Shown: positions 11,045-24,284 of the stretch, piece by piece
Layout: each line of letters starts with the position of its first letter
How positions within the stretch are numbered: position 1 is the stretch's first letter
Origin: Podarcis liolepis
Lineage: Eukaryota
Strand: one strand, 5' to 3'
Assembly (NCBI GenBank): GCA_965112155.1
Contig: OZ218098.1
Length of the DNA: 64,000 bases
Notes under the pieces: generated by a model
The model's database searches: none
The model's input: the letters and a program-made list of their open reading frames with translations, nothing else
Told to the model about the DNA's origin: nothing
Translations under genes and position numbers: made by a program

Positions 11045-14000
11045 ATCTAGATTGACATTTGCCAGGGACTTTTGGAAACAATCCCTAGAGCCAATGGGAG
11101 CTCTGTCACTATCAAGACAATACTTTCTGTAGACTTTTTCCTCCTTTAAACATAAAACAAATTTTGTACGGCACACAACACATTCTGGAACAGAACCTTT
11201 GGGTGTGGACAGGACCATGGCTGTGATAGTAAGCACACTTACTAGGAAACAAGTCCTGTTGAACTCTGTGGGACTAACATCTGATTAAACATACTTAAGA
11301 GAAGGACAGCTCTTACACTGAGATAAATGAAGTACCGGAACAATTTAGCACGTGGCGTGTGGCATCTGTAAGCTGAAGCCTCCAAAATATCCATGGGTCG
11401 CCGAGGTACATTTTACTACGTTACACAAAATATCCAGAAATACAATTGTTTTTGTGATCCTAAAAGTCTCTAGCGAATATCTGGTACTTTGCCACCATGG
11501 TCAGATCCTTTGCTACAATAGCCACTGGCAATTCTGCTAAAGCGCACTGGAGAGTTGCTGCACAATGTTTATTCTGGAAAAGAGATTCTTTGCCTCACTG
11601 CTCTCTGCGTACAATTTCAAGCCCAGCCCAGCATTGCGGTTTGTATCTGCATTAAAATGCAGTGTTAAGCTGTTCCAAGGCACTGTATGGCAGTAAGACA
11701 TGTTCTAGCAATGGTGTGGAGAGCCACTACATCCCACAAGCGAGCGTGGAGAAGAGGCGTTTTTGAAGTAAGGTGGGAGCAGGGTCTCAGAGCAGGCAGC
11801 AGCACAGCAACCTGAAAGTCACCCCCCCTCCATGATTCAGCCAATTAGGCAAGCACAGCCCTACCTGATTGAAGGCTCTTTTGGATGCCAAGCAATAATA
11901 TGTAGTGTAGCTCTTCCTGGGCTGTATCAGATAGGGAAGCCACTTATTTCCACAACCCTCTCCCTGCATATGGAAATTGACATGCCAGGGAAAAAGAGGT
12001 TTAGCCCAGCCTTCTCCTTAAACTGCTTGATTTCCATATAGAAGGAAATTTATATCTGAAGTGTATCATCCAGGAAGGATCAAACTTGTTATCTCTGCAC
12101 ACTTGAATGGGCACCGGCATTTTGCAGCCATTTGTTACTTGGCAGACGCAGCTGATAAGCAGCAGAACAGGGCTAGCTTAGCACCAGCCACCGAATGCAT
12201 CACGGCTGCTCTAACTACTCGTCTATAAATTTGGGGAACTAATGGTATATAAAGTCACTCAAGAACGACCACACAATTTTGATGTCCAGTTAAAACTTTG
12301 CTAGGAAGCAAACTGATTCTGCACTTCCCATGCTATATATCCTTTTGGCCTTCTAAACATTTGGCACATTTTTGGCAGGGTGTTTTTGTGGAAGGGCAGG
12401 CTTCAGCTAACCAGCTGTGCTTCTTGCTGCTGTAGAACAGATTTTTTCCCACATGCATTATGCTCAAGCATTACTAGACTAGTTCCTAAATAAATTTAGG
12501 AACATGCGAATAGCTTGCACAAGGCGGGTAGAGTAGTTAAACCTGACTTAAAACAGGAGGTTCTTTTTAGTAAAGCAAACGCTTGAAAACAAAGGACAGG
12601 GGATTCAAAGAAACGAGGCAAGCCACCACCGTGATTTCAATTGCTTGGAATAAGAGTGCAGCAAAACAAAAGACGCTGGCTATTCTGAGGGTCTGCAAGA
12701 GCAGCGCAGCCAGCCATTGGCCTCATTTATCCTCCAGGATGCCATGGAAGTGATGGGAAAGGGAATTTTTCTAATGCAGCCTTTGCCAGCTCTATTTAAT
12801 ACTCAACTGTCTTCCCGGAAGGGGAAATCGATCATGTCAGAAACCATGCAAAGGGAAAGCTCAAATGTCTTTCTTTATATGGTGCTGCTAGACTCCCCCC
12901 CCCCCCCATTATGTTCTGCTTTCGCCCTGCAGCTTGGCTTGGGATGGCCTAGAAACAAAGGCAGGTGGGGACACCTTAATATAGTAACACAGCTGCATTT
13001 CTGGAAACACTTTCCTTGAGGAGAGGGAGAGGCGGGAGCCTTGTCACATGAGCTGCCTGCAGAGCCACCAGGAGTGCTATTACCCCGCCTCCTTTGACTG
13101 GGAGCCAAAAGGCGTGTATTGACAGAGCTTGCTTGGCTCTTAAGGAAGCGGGGAAGGCTTTCAAAGGTGGCTCCCCAGTTGGAGGCCCCCCGACAATGCA
13201 AAAGTGTGCCCTTGACAATCCTATAGGGGGGGAAACTAGAGTATAGGCAGACTGGAATGCCTTAGCAGTAGAACACCAGAAAAATGAAAGGTGACGGCTC
13301 ACGTAACTGACTTGGCCTCTTTGCATACAAATTTCTATCACCGAAAATATGGGATATCTTGATATTCAGGCCTTCTGAACCTGCAGGGCACACATTCTGC
13401 ACCCCCACTTACCCTTCAATCAAATCAGACCATTGTTCCACCTGGCTCAGTATTGTGTGCACTAACGGACAGCAGCTCTCTGGGATTTCAGAGTTTTCTC
13501 CCAGCCCTACCTGAAGACACCAGGTATTGAACTTTGGGCCTTCTGCACTCAAAGCAGATGTGCTGCCACTGACCTATGCCTCCCCCTGTTTCCCTCCTAC
13601 ACTGGTGGAAAGGAGAGAAGCCCCCAGGTTCAATCCTTGTATCTCCAGGTAGGGCTGGGAACACCCCCTGCCTGAAACTCTTTTTAGATAGCTGCTACTA
13701 GTCAGTGTAGAGGGTGCCGGGGGAGACGGAGCAATGGTCCAATGCAGTATAAGGCAGTTTTCCCTGTTCGTAATACTGTCCGTCTCAAACAGCTTGTCCC
13801 CCAAGTGTAATGGCTATGAGACACTGCATGAAAAAGAAGGGCTGGGTCAATCTATAGACATAAGCCTCAAAAATTGCCAAACAGCAGGTGTCATGCGAAA
13901 ACCCATGGTGTAAATACAACGCTCGCACTGTTTAATTTATCAGAAGCTGCTTAAGGAACTCATAATTCACACTTGCAGGGTTACTTGCTCCCCATAATCA

Positions 14001-15922
14001 ATCAGCTGCCTTATCCCAAGGTTGCAACACGCCTTTTGCAATAGCGGACCAGCTGGTTCGATAGATGTGGCTTCTCAGAGCTCCACCCAGTCCTTTTATG
14101 CCACAGCTAGGCTTGTAATCCTAGAGCTAGGGTTTGCAAGAACAACACAAGCCAGCCTACTGTGATATCAGAGGAAACTGAGCTATGGGCATCAAGGGTG
14201 CTGCAGTAGGAAGAATGATCCATGACTGAAGAGGAAATTTCAAGAGTAACCTCAGCGGGTGAGCAGTGGAATGCAAGAACTATCAAGACATTCATTGTCT
14301 ATCATTAGATATAAAGGAAAAAGTATACAGTACGTTGCAATTTCTTGATTAAGGCAACTCATCTGCACCTCCTAATTTAGCAGCAAATCTTTTGGTCCAA
14401 ATTGGGGGGGGGTGTATGTCTCTGGTTTTGTATAGAACCCTGTTTACCATTTGTGAATCAGTAATAGATAGCCTTTGAGACTGATGATGGGAGAGACAGG
14501 ATGCAGCTGACACCAAGAAGACTCCGTGTCAGAGAAAGGAGTTAAATGCTTAATAGCTAGGTGTAGATTCATCAGGCCCAAAGGAAGGGATCTAGATTGG
14601 CTATCGAGACCTCTGCATGTTATCTTCCTGTCTGGCCACATCAATCATCCTGTTTGACACAGCAAGAGCAAACAAAAGGCCTAGCAATTAGATACTTGGT
14701 GAGTCTGGGGTATGGACTCTAAAGTTAATGCATTCCTCTGTGTTGTCAAATTGAGTCCATCCATTAACTTAATTCCATGTGACTTTGGGTGGTGAGTGGG
14801 CAGTGCAGGATCACCAGGCAAAATGACTGCAACACTGACAAGAACCAGAGATATTTAAGACACGTGCCCAACTTTGCTCTAAGCTTCCCTAAGTCAGCAG
14901 CAGCAAGAGAAGTATTTGTGTATTCACAAGTGCGGCCCAGAACTCACTTGCACGACTCACATGAAAGCAAGCAGAAATGGGGTTGAGAGCTGAGGCTTAA
15001 GGCTGGGGTTGGCATTGTCAACACTGAAGCAGTGGGGAGGTGGGGGCTATGACCAAGCAATTGCATGACCACTTCACTACATGCCTAGATCTAGCCTTCC
15101 CTAGTCATGAAGATTGCTCAGCTGATGGGAGTTCAGCCTTGGAAAACTGTGAAAAAGAAGCTGTGGCCCTCTGTGTCCTCCATGGACATTTTCATCACAG
15201 CAAGTTGAGTAAGGCACACGGGTCTACAGAGGGCAGGGGTAGCTAATGCCGTGCTTTCCAGATGTTGGTGGACTTCAACTTCCATAAGACCCAAGGATTA
15301 TGGGAGTTGGGAGTCCATCAACATCTGGGAGGCACCATGTTGGCTCCCCCCAACGTAGAGTATCTGTTTAACACTGACTGGGAAGTAGTAGGGGAAAGGT
15401 TGCTATTGTTCTCCAATGAAAGAGAGGAACACACAACTGGGCTCGGAGCAGGGAATCATTTAAGTTTCACTCTCCCTTCCACCTAAGTTCTTCTCCGCTC
15501 TCTCAGAGCTGCAGCTAATTAGTTACAGATTCTGACTGTGGAATTTCCTACACAGAAATAAAAACCATGCAATCTGGCCTGATCAATAACAAAGGCAGCT
15601 TTGCATGTTTGGCTTGAGATGTTCCTTCGCTTTCTATGGTGCTTTCCACCATGTAAGATGATGGGAGAAGTGTTTGCCATGGGTTGCCATGGCTATGAAG
15701 GATACTTCCAGCAGCAGAAATGAGTGATGGGGCTGGAAGCATGAGGAGAACCAGACAAGTTACCCTGCTCCATTTCCAAAGCAGAGTGCAAGTTAACTGA
15801 TTCATTAATCAGATGACTTGGTTAAAGAATAAACCACATTGATCCAAATGTGTTGAATCAACTTTAAAAAAATGTCACTAATTGGGCAGTAGATTTACTT
15901 TTAAAAAAAAGATTTTAGTATA

Positions 15923-16184
15923 CAGTGGATGCTTGGGTTGCGAATGTGATCCGTGCGGGAGGCATGTTCACAACCCAGAGCATTCGCAACCCGCAGCACC
16001 GCGTCTGTGCATGCGCGGGTTGCGATTTGGCGCTTCTGCATATGCACAAAGCACAATTTAGTGCTTCTGCGTGTGCACGACCACCGAAACCCGGAAGTAA
16101 CCCGTTCTGGTACTTCCGGGTTTCAGCGTGTCCGTAACCTGAAAAAAACGCAACCTGAAGCGTCTGTAACCCGAGGTATGACTG
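15923..16184. mobile_element. Tc1/mariner (Tigger-like) MITE, related family
   Basis: TA|CAGT...ACTG|TA with imperfect TIRs. CpG-rich interior. Confidence 0.75.
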
Positions 16185-16379
16185 TAGTACTGATTAAAAC
16201 AACAGATGCCATTTCCAAAAAGGCACCCTTCCTGGCCTCAGAAAGAATAGGGAATGCCTCTTCCAAGATTAAAGAGCATCTCTATTCAGAGCAAGGTGTG
16301 TGTTGCGGGGGAGGGGGGAGGCTATTAAAGACACTGCTTGTATTCAGTCCACAGAAAGAGGATCCTAAGAGAGACAGCA

Positions 16380-16560
16380 GGCTCCCTGTTTATAAATGTT
16401 TTAAAGGATGTCAGAAAGCAGAAGGGGAATAATTATTCAGGAGGAACATTGTTTAGGATAGGAGCAGAGAAATGTGAGTTTAAGTTACAGGCCTGCAGAT
16501 TTATGTTCAACATGAGAGGGAAACTGCCAAACCCCGAGAACATTTCACCAACAGAGCAAG
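16380..16560 (+). mobile_element. Old CR1 fragment (similar remnants at ~32060-32350 and ~34215-34570)
   Basis: Degenerate peptides YKCFKGC and KLQACRFMFNMR resemble the CR1 ORF2 C-terminus seen at 35823. Confidence 0.5.
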
Positions 16561-17241
16561 CTGCCCTTTAAGGAAAGGTTAGCGCCAGAATCAGGGTGTC
16601 CTACCTTCCTGCTGGCAATGTAACAGACCCATGGGAGGCCAACACTCTTTTTCCATGGAGGAATGAGGAGAGGAAGATTCTGGAAGCTAAAACATTAGGG
16701 AATAGGATGGTCCCCTTGGGACAAGTGTCATAGGCAATCTTGGATGGCACTGGAAACAAAACTGTCCGCCAAGCCATGCTACTCATTGGCCCTCAGAGCC
16801 AGTGGTCATTTTAGACTCTGGACCAACTGTTCATGTGGAGGGTATTCTATAGATAACATTTCACCCTGCTGTATTTTGGGGACCCTCCTCATTCTGGAGC
16901 TCTGGATTGCTGCCCCAAAGCCCCTGCCCTGGCCAGTTCCATATGCATGCAATAATGGCTGGGCATTATTACAAGGGGACTCCAAGGGCTTTGCCCCAAG
17001 AACCGCAGTGAGTGGAAAGAAACTCACCACAGACACAGTCGTGGCTGAGGCAGTTGTTCGTGGAGCAGTTTTGCAACACAGGAGCTGAAAGTGAAGTGGG
17101 TGAATTACTACTGGGCATGTTCCCATGGACCACATTCCTGCTTAAGCATCGTAGGTAGAGCCAGAGGCACAGAAATGCCCCTGAAAAGCACAAACATCAC
17201 ACATCTCAGGATGCTTCAGTGCCCTAAGTCAGCTATGCATC

Positions 17242-17257
17242 CTCTCTCTCCCTCCCT

Positions 17258-17296
<39 letters not shown>
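17242..17296. repeat. (TCCC)n/(TC)n microsatellite
   Basis: Seen directly. Confidence 0.95.
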
Positions 17297-17300
<4 letters not shown>

Positions 17301-18300
17301 GGTACTGCTGGAGACCACTGCCTCCAGCAGCTCTTTGACTTGGTATACTGAATGGCACATCCTGTTTTCCTCTAAATAAGATCCATGTAGATGTGGCACG
17401 AGTGACACAGCTACATCACAAAAGGTGGAGCTGAGCTACCCAAAGGCTTCACCTCTTTCAGAATACTGGTAGGTGCCACAAGGCAAGGGATGCTTTAAGA
17501 AGGGAGTTGAACAGAGCACGACTGCTGAGCTTGGCTAACTGTGTCTCTGTAAAAGGTGTACGGAAAGCGGACCTTCCCAAATCTTTGACATCTGCAGCAT
17601 CACTGATCCAGATTGCTGGACGTGTTTGGAGTTATCCAAAGGATTTCATGGTTGCACTAACCTGCTACTTTCTGGGCGACTGAAACGGAAAGAGATTAGT
17701 CTTTTTGCTGCCAGCAGAATAACCGGCAGGAGTTCTGAGGGATGTGCTTGGAATCAAAGAGTGAGGCAAGGATAATGATGAGATCCTGCCCAGGATTGCA
17801 AAAGGCCAAAGGGGTAAATTTGAGTATCTACCATTTTAGCTGCTTGAAGAACTACACAATTACATAAAAACCCTTGTATTGAATATTTTATTCCGCCACC
17901 TGCCTTTTGTAATATTATATGCTTTTGTCTAACATCAACAGGATGCCCAAATCATGTTGATAAGAGCTGAATTACCTCCAGAAGGTAGGTGGAGAGCACA
18001 GATGCTCTGCTGTTCAGGATGTGCTATCGCTGCACACATTTGCTCCTCTCTGCAGTCCAAAAGCAGCAGGCACGCCGCCCAGTTGCTTGGGGTGGGAGGC
18101 GCAGCTGTGTTTTGGTGCATTCCAGCTGGCCTGAGGCTCTCCTGCCTGAAGTAGCCAGAGGGTAAATTTTGTCTGCAAATTTCTGTGCCCGACGCTGACA
18201 GCCCCAATTGTTCACTGGCACCATTTTCCTCTGCACTGCTGGACCGGGAGGCTGTCAGCTCCAAGGTCGCTGCTAGGTAGCTCTGGCACTTCCCGCACAA

Positions 18301-18336
18301 CTATGGGGGCAGCGTTTGGAGAAGAGCTAGACAACC
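18301..18336 (-). CDS. Candidate distal alternative RGS6 exon giving C-terminus GCLALLQTLPP-stop
   Basis: Strong acceptor gcttttcttttgtgattttctgcgcAG on the RGS6 strand. Phase-0 reading gives 11 codons then TAG. Linkage to RGS6 is inferred. Confidence 0.3.
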   Translation of the reverse strand, partial: GCLALLQTLPP

Positions 18337-21154
18337 CTGCGCAGAAAATCACAAAAGAAAAGCAAGTGGGGCAAAAAGCCCTTGAGCAACAATGTGAACA
18401 ATAATACTGCCTGTGCTGTAGGGCTGGACCATTTCAGATCACAGGTGGGAGGAGTGCATGGCTGAATGCTCCCCCAAATAGAAAACTAGGATGCCAAGGA
18501 GAGGATTAGGCTAGAATGGTCTCCCTGGTGTATTAGCTTACCACAGGCAGAAATACTTTTGATGCAAGGAAACATTCAAATGTACAATCGACCACCTGCA
18601 GCCTGAATTGGTGCAGTCCTAGAAGTCCTAAATTATTATTATTTTCTTGCTCTGCATCCTTGAAGAAGACTCTCCAAAGGTTCAATTTAAGCATTTTTTT
18701 TTAAATTTTAAGCAATTTAAGGGGGAGGGGGAGGTATTGTTCTGTTGTTGCTTTAATTATGTATATTGTGTTTTTATGCTGTGAACCGTCCCGAGATCTA
18801 CAGATGAAGGGCAGTATACAAATTTAATCAATACATAAATAAATAATGAAAACACAAGGTCTAGTAAGCGATACCATTTTATACTGCCTCTTTCATTCTC
18901 CAATCAACAGGAAAGGCTAGATCAGACCAACAGGTCCATCTAGAGTAGCACTCTCTCATCTGACTATGACCAGGGAGATGCTCAGGGAAAGTCACAGAGG
19001 AGGGCACAAAACCATTATCCATTCCGGCTTGTTAGCCTCCAACATCTTGTGGCGCCAACAAAGCCATGTAGAGATTGATCATTAAAATTCCTTCCTGCTG
19101 AGAAGACAGTAATTAATCAGGGAACAGTGGCTGTATCTTCATTGTGGGGCAAGTGGCCTCTGGTTCAATCAGTTGATTTATATTGCAGTGGATCCCAGGT
19201 GTGATTCTGGTGATGCAGAGGAAGGGGACCTACCTGTGCGCACATAATTTCTCTCCTGAATGAGGGCAGAAATATGGTGCCTGAGCCGAAGAGTTATGAG
19301 GCCTCAGCAGGATGCATTGCAAGAAGCATCCTGCGCCTAACCCCATTTTCTGGCTAGTTTATAAATACCATGATTGGTAACTTACAGCTAATATTAGCAT
19401 TGTTTTTCCCCAGGTTTTGTTTTTTTTGGGGGGGATCTCTCTGGAAAAAACCAAGAGGCCATAGAGCCATAAAAGGATGAGTCTAAGGAAGCTCTACAGC
19501 ACCTTTTGCCAAAATGGTGCCTTCAGAATTTTTTTGGCTACAACTCCCATCAGCCCCAGACACCATAGACATGCTTGTCATGTCTGATTGAAACTGTAGG
19601 CTAAAACCTCTGGAGGGTCCCACGTTGGTGAAAACTGCCCTATAACCCCAATTGTCCACTTCCCTGCACGCCCTAAAGGTACATACTGAAAGAAGCTGCC
19701 CAGCCTTTCAAGAGGAACTGTGAAGTCCCTGGTCAGGTTGTCTACTTTTAAGCAATGACCCGCCTTATTAAAAAGGAAAGTTTTGATATGGAAATGGAAA
19801 CTGACCCATGTTCAACTGAACCTCAAAAACAAAAGGTTTCTTCCTTCAGCCTTGCATGCATGAATTGGTTTAAACTCAATCTGACATAAACTCAGTTGAG
19901 CACCTGCCCTTGCAACATCCCAAATGACAAGATGTCTAATCACAGAAAACAGGAGCATTGTGTGATGCTCAAGGTGATCTCACGGCAAGATGATGAAGCT
20001 TTCAGGGGTGAGCATCACATACAGCTTTCCATAATAGTGGCTTATTCCACGAAAGGCCATGCTGTTGCATAATGGGATGCATTACGCATGGGCACACAAG
20101 GCAACCAGAGCAATCTTGCGAAAGATGAGCCTATAAGCCTCCAACATGGGCAGACATGAAAGGTTCACCTTTTGGCCACTGATATCTATTATTTGATACT
20201 TTGATGAATGGAGTTCTGTCCTTCCTTCTTTAACTGGATGGAAGAAAACCTAGATAAGTGTCTTCGGTTAAGACTCTCAATCAAACGGAGATGAATTACA
20301 CCATCATATAGGGTCCCCTTATGACTTGACACCACTTTACATATCGCAGTATTTCATGATACCTGACAATTAAGGGATATATTGGAAGCTTTTTGTTGTT
20401 CTCTAGTTGAGTAACTTATCGCAATATGATGTAGGACCATCTGCCAATGTGATTTTTGCCATAGCTGGAATTTACAAAATTAATCTTACCAAAGTGCATT
20501 TAGCTTTTGTTGAGTTCCTGCAGATGTTATGCCTTAGCAGAACCCAAATCACCTAATATTTTGTGTGAGGGCACATCTAGTGGCCATTCTCTGCACCTGG
20601 TGTGACATGGAAGCACATTAGTTTCTCCCTCCGCATTCCACAGCCACTGTTTCAGGGGTTGCACAAAGGATATAGAAGCTTTGATAGACAAAATAAGATG
20701 ATAAGGCATGTCTCTGAAAACAGCTTTGCGTAGAGCATGGATGGGAATGTGGGGGCAGGATTTGCAAATTTACTGTGGGAATGGTGAAGTTTCTGGCACT
20801 CACCAGGCACATAAGAGCCCAGCTGTGATATCCAGTGGAATGTTTTGAAATAATAATATAGCATGAATATGCATGAGAAAGAATGGGAAATGGGGAAAGA
20901 TCTAAGCTGAGGAAGGACTTGTGTCTAAATATCACTGTGGTTGAGGAGTGGGGAAGACAGATAAAGAGAGGATGTGGTTCAAAATGAATGGTTCAGATTT
21001 TTCAAATAGCAAATGTATCTCATGCTTTGCCTTTTGCTTTAACAGAAATTTCATTAGAAAACAAACTATTACTAGACATATATCTTTCTACACAGAAGGC
21101 AGTCAGACATTTTGGTCACCAGTGTAGTGAAATCAGGATCAGATCACACTGAAC

Positions 21155-21164
21155 TTTATTTATT
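21155..21164 (-). promoter_or_regulatory. Candidate polyadenylation signal (two overlapping AATAAA)
   Basis: Plus strand reads tttatttatt, ~3.1 kb downstream of the RGS6 stop codon. Confidence 0.45.
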
Positions 21165-21294
21165 GTGCTAGGAATGCTCTCCTACCTTGCGCTGAACCTA
21201 ATATGCAGAATAAGCACATTTAAATGCCTAAACAACAGGTATTGCATAGCATAAGGCTCTCTTGACTGAATGTAGGGGGTGCTGCTCAGGTATG

Positions 21295-21296
<2 letters not shown>

Positions 21297-21365
<69 letters not shown>

Positions 21366-21425
21366 GAATATATGTGTATTCTGTGTTTATGTGTAGCCTG
21401 TGTGTGAGAAAGATACACTTGGTGA

Positions 21426-21488
<63 letters not shown>
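21297..21488. repeat. Compound (TG)n(AG)n and (GAAA)n microsatellites
   Basis: Seen directly at 21297-21360 and 21424-21488. Confidence 0.95.
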
Positions 21489-21489
<1 letters not shown>

Positions 21490-24233
21490 GTGGGGAGTTT
21501 GAATGGTATTGTCTATGAGAAAGGGAGAGAGATGTACTTTGGTAAAGAGAGGAGAAATGGGAGTGTGAAAAAATCAGTATTGTATGAGCTCTACAATCAG
21601 GACCAGCATGAGGTTGACCCGGGGGTGGTGTAGGGACAAGTGGCAGCAAGTGCATTATGCCACTCCCATGGCAGCCATTTTGAGTTATGCCCTGCCCTAA
21701 CAACAGCAGTTTTGTGACTGGCACCCACAACATTCTCTCAGGATTTGAAATGTGTTCCTGGTCCAAAAAGGTTGACTCCTCTTGTTCTAAGTGGTTCTTC
21801 CTTTGTTTCCCCTCAGCTCCATCTTCCTCTCTACCCTTTATTGTCCCACTTGTCGATAAATTTAGATTGTACGCTCCTTGGGGCACTGTTATTTTGCAAT
21901 GTGCTGTGCGCTGGATCAACATACATAATGATAACTTGTCCATCTAAGAACCAGTAGCGCAATGTCTGTCAGAAAATCCCCACATTGCCTTTTTGTACCA
22001 AAAGGTGGACAGGAATGTTTTCCCCACCACACTAAGAATTCATGATTAGAGATATATCCATCTACTGCCAAGAAAAAAGCTTAATGTGCATTTAAAGTGG
22101 AAAGAAGATTTTTATGAATATAGGTATTATGATATATTTTTAACACAAAAATATCATCACTACTTAGACTATCCTTCCTCATCCTTAGGTCCCCAGATGT
22201 TATTGAACCAGATGTCTCAGCATTGGCCATACTGTTTGGGGATGATGGGACTTGGAGTCCAACAACAGACAGAGATCAAGTATTGGAGAAGACTGCCGCA
22301 GATCATCATTATGATGCTAAGTAGGTCCAAATTAGATTGAACTTCTTTTAGTTTACACTTAAAGTAGTACTTTGTCTCCTTTTACTACTTTTTTTTAGCC
22401 AGTTCCCCTGTGCTCCCATTTCTCAGAGCACTGAGAACAATTCTGATAAATCAGCCATATTATTTCCATACCTAGCTGAGTTATCAGTTTCAATCCATCC
22501 TCACTTATTGCCACATTGTGAGAGACGTTCAAATGCCATTACATTGAGCACAAAGCCATTCACCTCCAAGCCAAAGTGTTGTAGGCTGATTTGTCCCTTT
22601 CTCTACAACGGGGACTTATTTGCGACTTAGTTGTCCAGGAATGAACAAATAACCCTAACAGGGTCTTTTTCTTCCTACAAGCGCAGGGAGATGCCTCGAA
22701 TTCTCCCATCAGCTTGGTTTACTCTGTGTGACTAAATCGTGAGAAAGACAAAATGGGGAGAAGTATGCAGAAAGTGCAACCACACAACAAAGACAAGACT
22801 TCTTTCCCAACCCAGCCTCACCTCTTCAAATATGGTGTTTTTACAAAATGTGTGCATAAAGTAGGCCAGCACAACTTGTGATACAACAAACTTGGATGCA
22901 GCCCACTGGCCGTGTGCAACAGATAGTGAGGGGTTCAGAAAACCATCCATGTTTGCTGCCTTCCTGGAACTGCAAAGCAACAACAGACAGACTGCCAAAC
23001 ACTTGGCAGGCCACCCTATAAGCTTGGGCTACACAAGCTGTGCAGGCCTGGCATAACATTTTGATCCTATCGCCCAAGAACCAGGGCCAACATTTTTTAC
23101 TTGTGCAAAATGCAAAGCAACTCTACTGAAATCAAATCCCTCACAGGAAGCTTAGAGTCTGGCTTTATGGACCAAATCCTGAGCTGGCAGTCAGTAGCTT
23201 TGCCCCTTTCTATGCAGCTGAGGACCCTAAAATATATTTTTGGACGGATATTACTGACAGTGAGTGATGAAGCTAAAAAGCACGTTTAAAACCATTATTT
23301 AAAAAGTGGATGATAATATGTCTACTATCTCATCGTGGTAAAACTGAATTCTTCCTCCCATCCTTAGGGAACTTTCAATTATTATTTTACTGGACCCGAA
23401 TGGTTGTATGAAAGGGGACATGTGGCAGGATCAGCGAGAGCTCTTTCTGTGGCTAGGGAGTAAAGGTATTTTGGACCACCCTTACTCTGATTCCCCTTTG
23501 GCTACTTTAATCTGCATTTCCACTCAAGGATGGCAACACCTGTATTGCGTACTATTCTCTCAGGCGGAGAAAAAACCTCTTCGGGTTTCGCAAAGGATTC
23601 CAGATCTGAGAAGTTACTGTCAAGTCAGCAATAGCCGTTATCCATGGCTAGGGAGGATTAACGCCAGGGCTACCAAGATATGCAGAAGATGGATATTTTT
23701 GCCTGTACACATGCAGGAGCAGCAGCAGCAGCAGCAGTAAGAGGAGATATGAGTGTGAGAAAGTGCCTGCATTACGAATACGGATCTCAACCAAATCTTT
23801 ATCAAGATTTCTCTTAGGGCCCCTACATTAAATGACACCCATAGTCAGTCCCCCCAACCATCTCTGCCTAAGTTGGCATCCTGCATACAGCAAGTTGTGC
23901 TCCTCTGAAATCAAACGAGAAACAGAGAATTATCTGGATTGAACTCAGTGCCATTACAAAGCTGTACAAGTAGAAAAGTGTTGATGTAAACTATGAAAAG
24001 AGAAACCTCCGGGTGGGCCAGGCTCTCCCTCGTGGTTTCCTTTGCCTTCCCTGTGCTCCCTTCCGTCTCTTTCTCTTCCCATCTCATTTGCACTCCCAGC
24101 CGTACACACACACACAGACACGCACACACACAGTGACCCATTTGCCCCCAAATGATATTTCCGCCGTGGAGGAGGTTGAGTGAGTGCAGCTGTCCTTCGG
24201 AGATGCCAGCGACCGCTTGCTGAGACGATGCTG

Positions 24234-24284
24234 TCAAGAAGATTGCATCAAGCCTGTGAGGCGCTTGCCTGCCAGCGACTTCCC
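24234..24284 (-). CDS. RGS6: RGS6 terminal coding exon: GKSLAGKRLTGLMQSS-stop
   Basis: Acceptor ttgtttgttcctccAG, TGA at 24236-24234. The peptide is the canonical RGS6 C-terminus and distinguishes it from RGS7. Confidence 0.95.
   Translation of the reverse strand, partial: GKSLAGKRLTGLMQSS

Larger units (their letters stand above)
21140..24233 (-). other. RGS6: Probable RGS6 3'UTR
   Basis: Follows the stop codon. The end point is inferred from overlapping AATAAATAAA on the minus strand (21164-21155), followed by GT/T-rich sequence. Confidence 0.5.

Noticed and set aside
1-21000. DPF3 3' exons, expected downstream of RGS6 from mammalian synteny
   Set aside because: I found no PHD-finger or other DPF3-like coding sequence, so the gene probably lies outside the window.
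21182-21943. 253-aa minus-strand ORF
   Set aside because: Its length comes from stop-free microsatellites (SFFL, SL and TH runs) in the probable 3'UTR.
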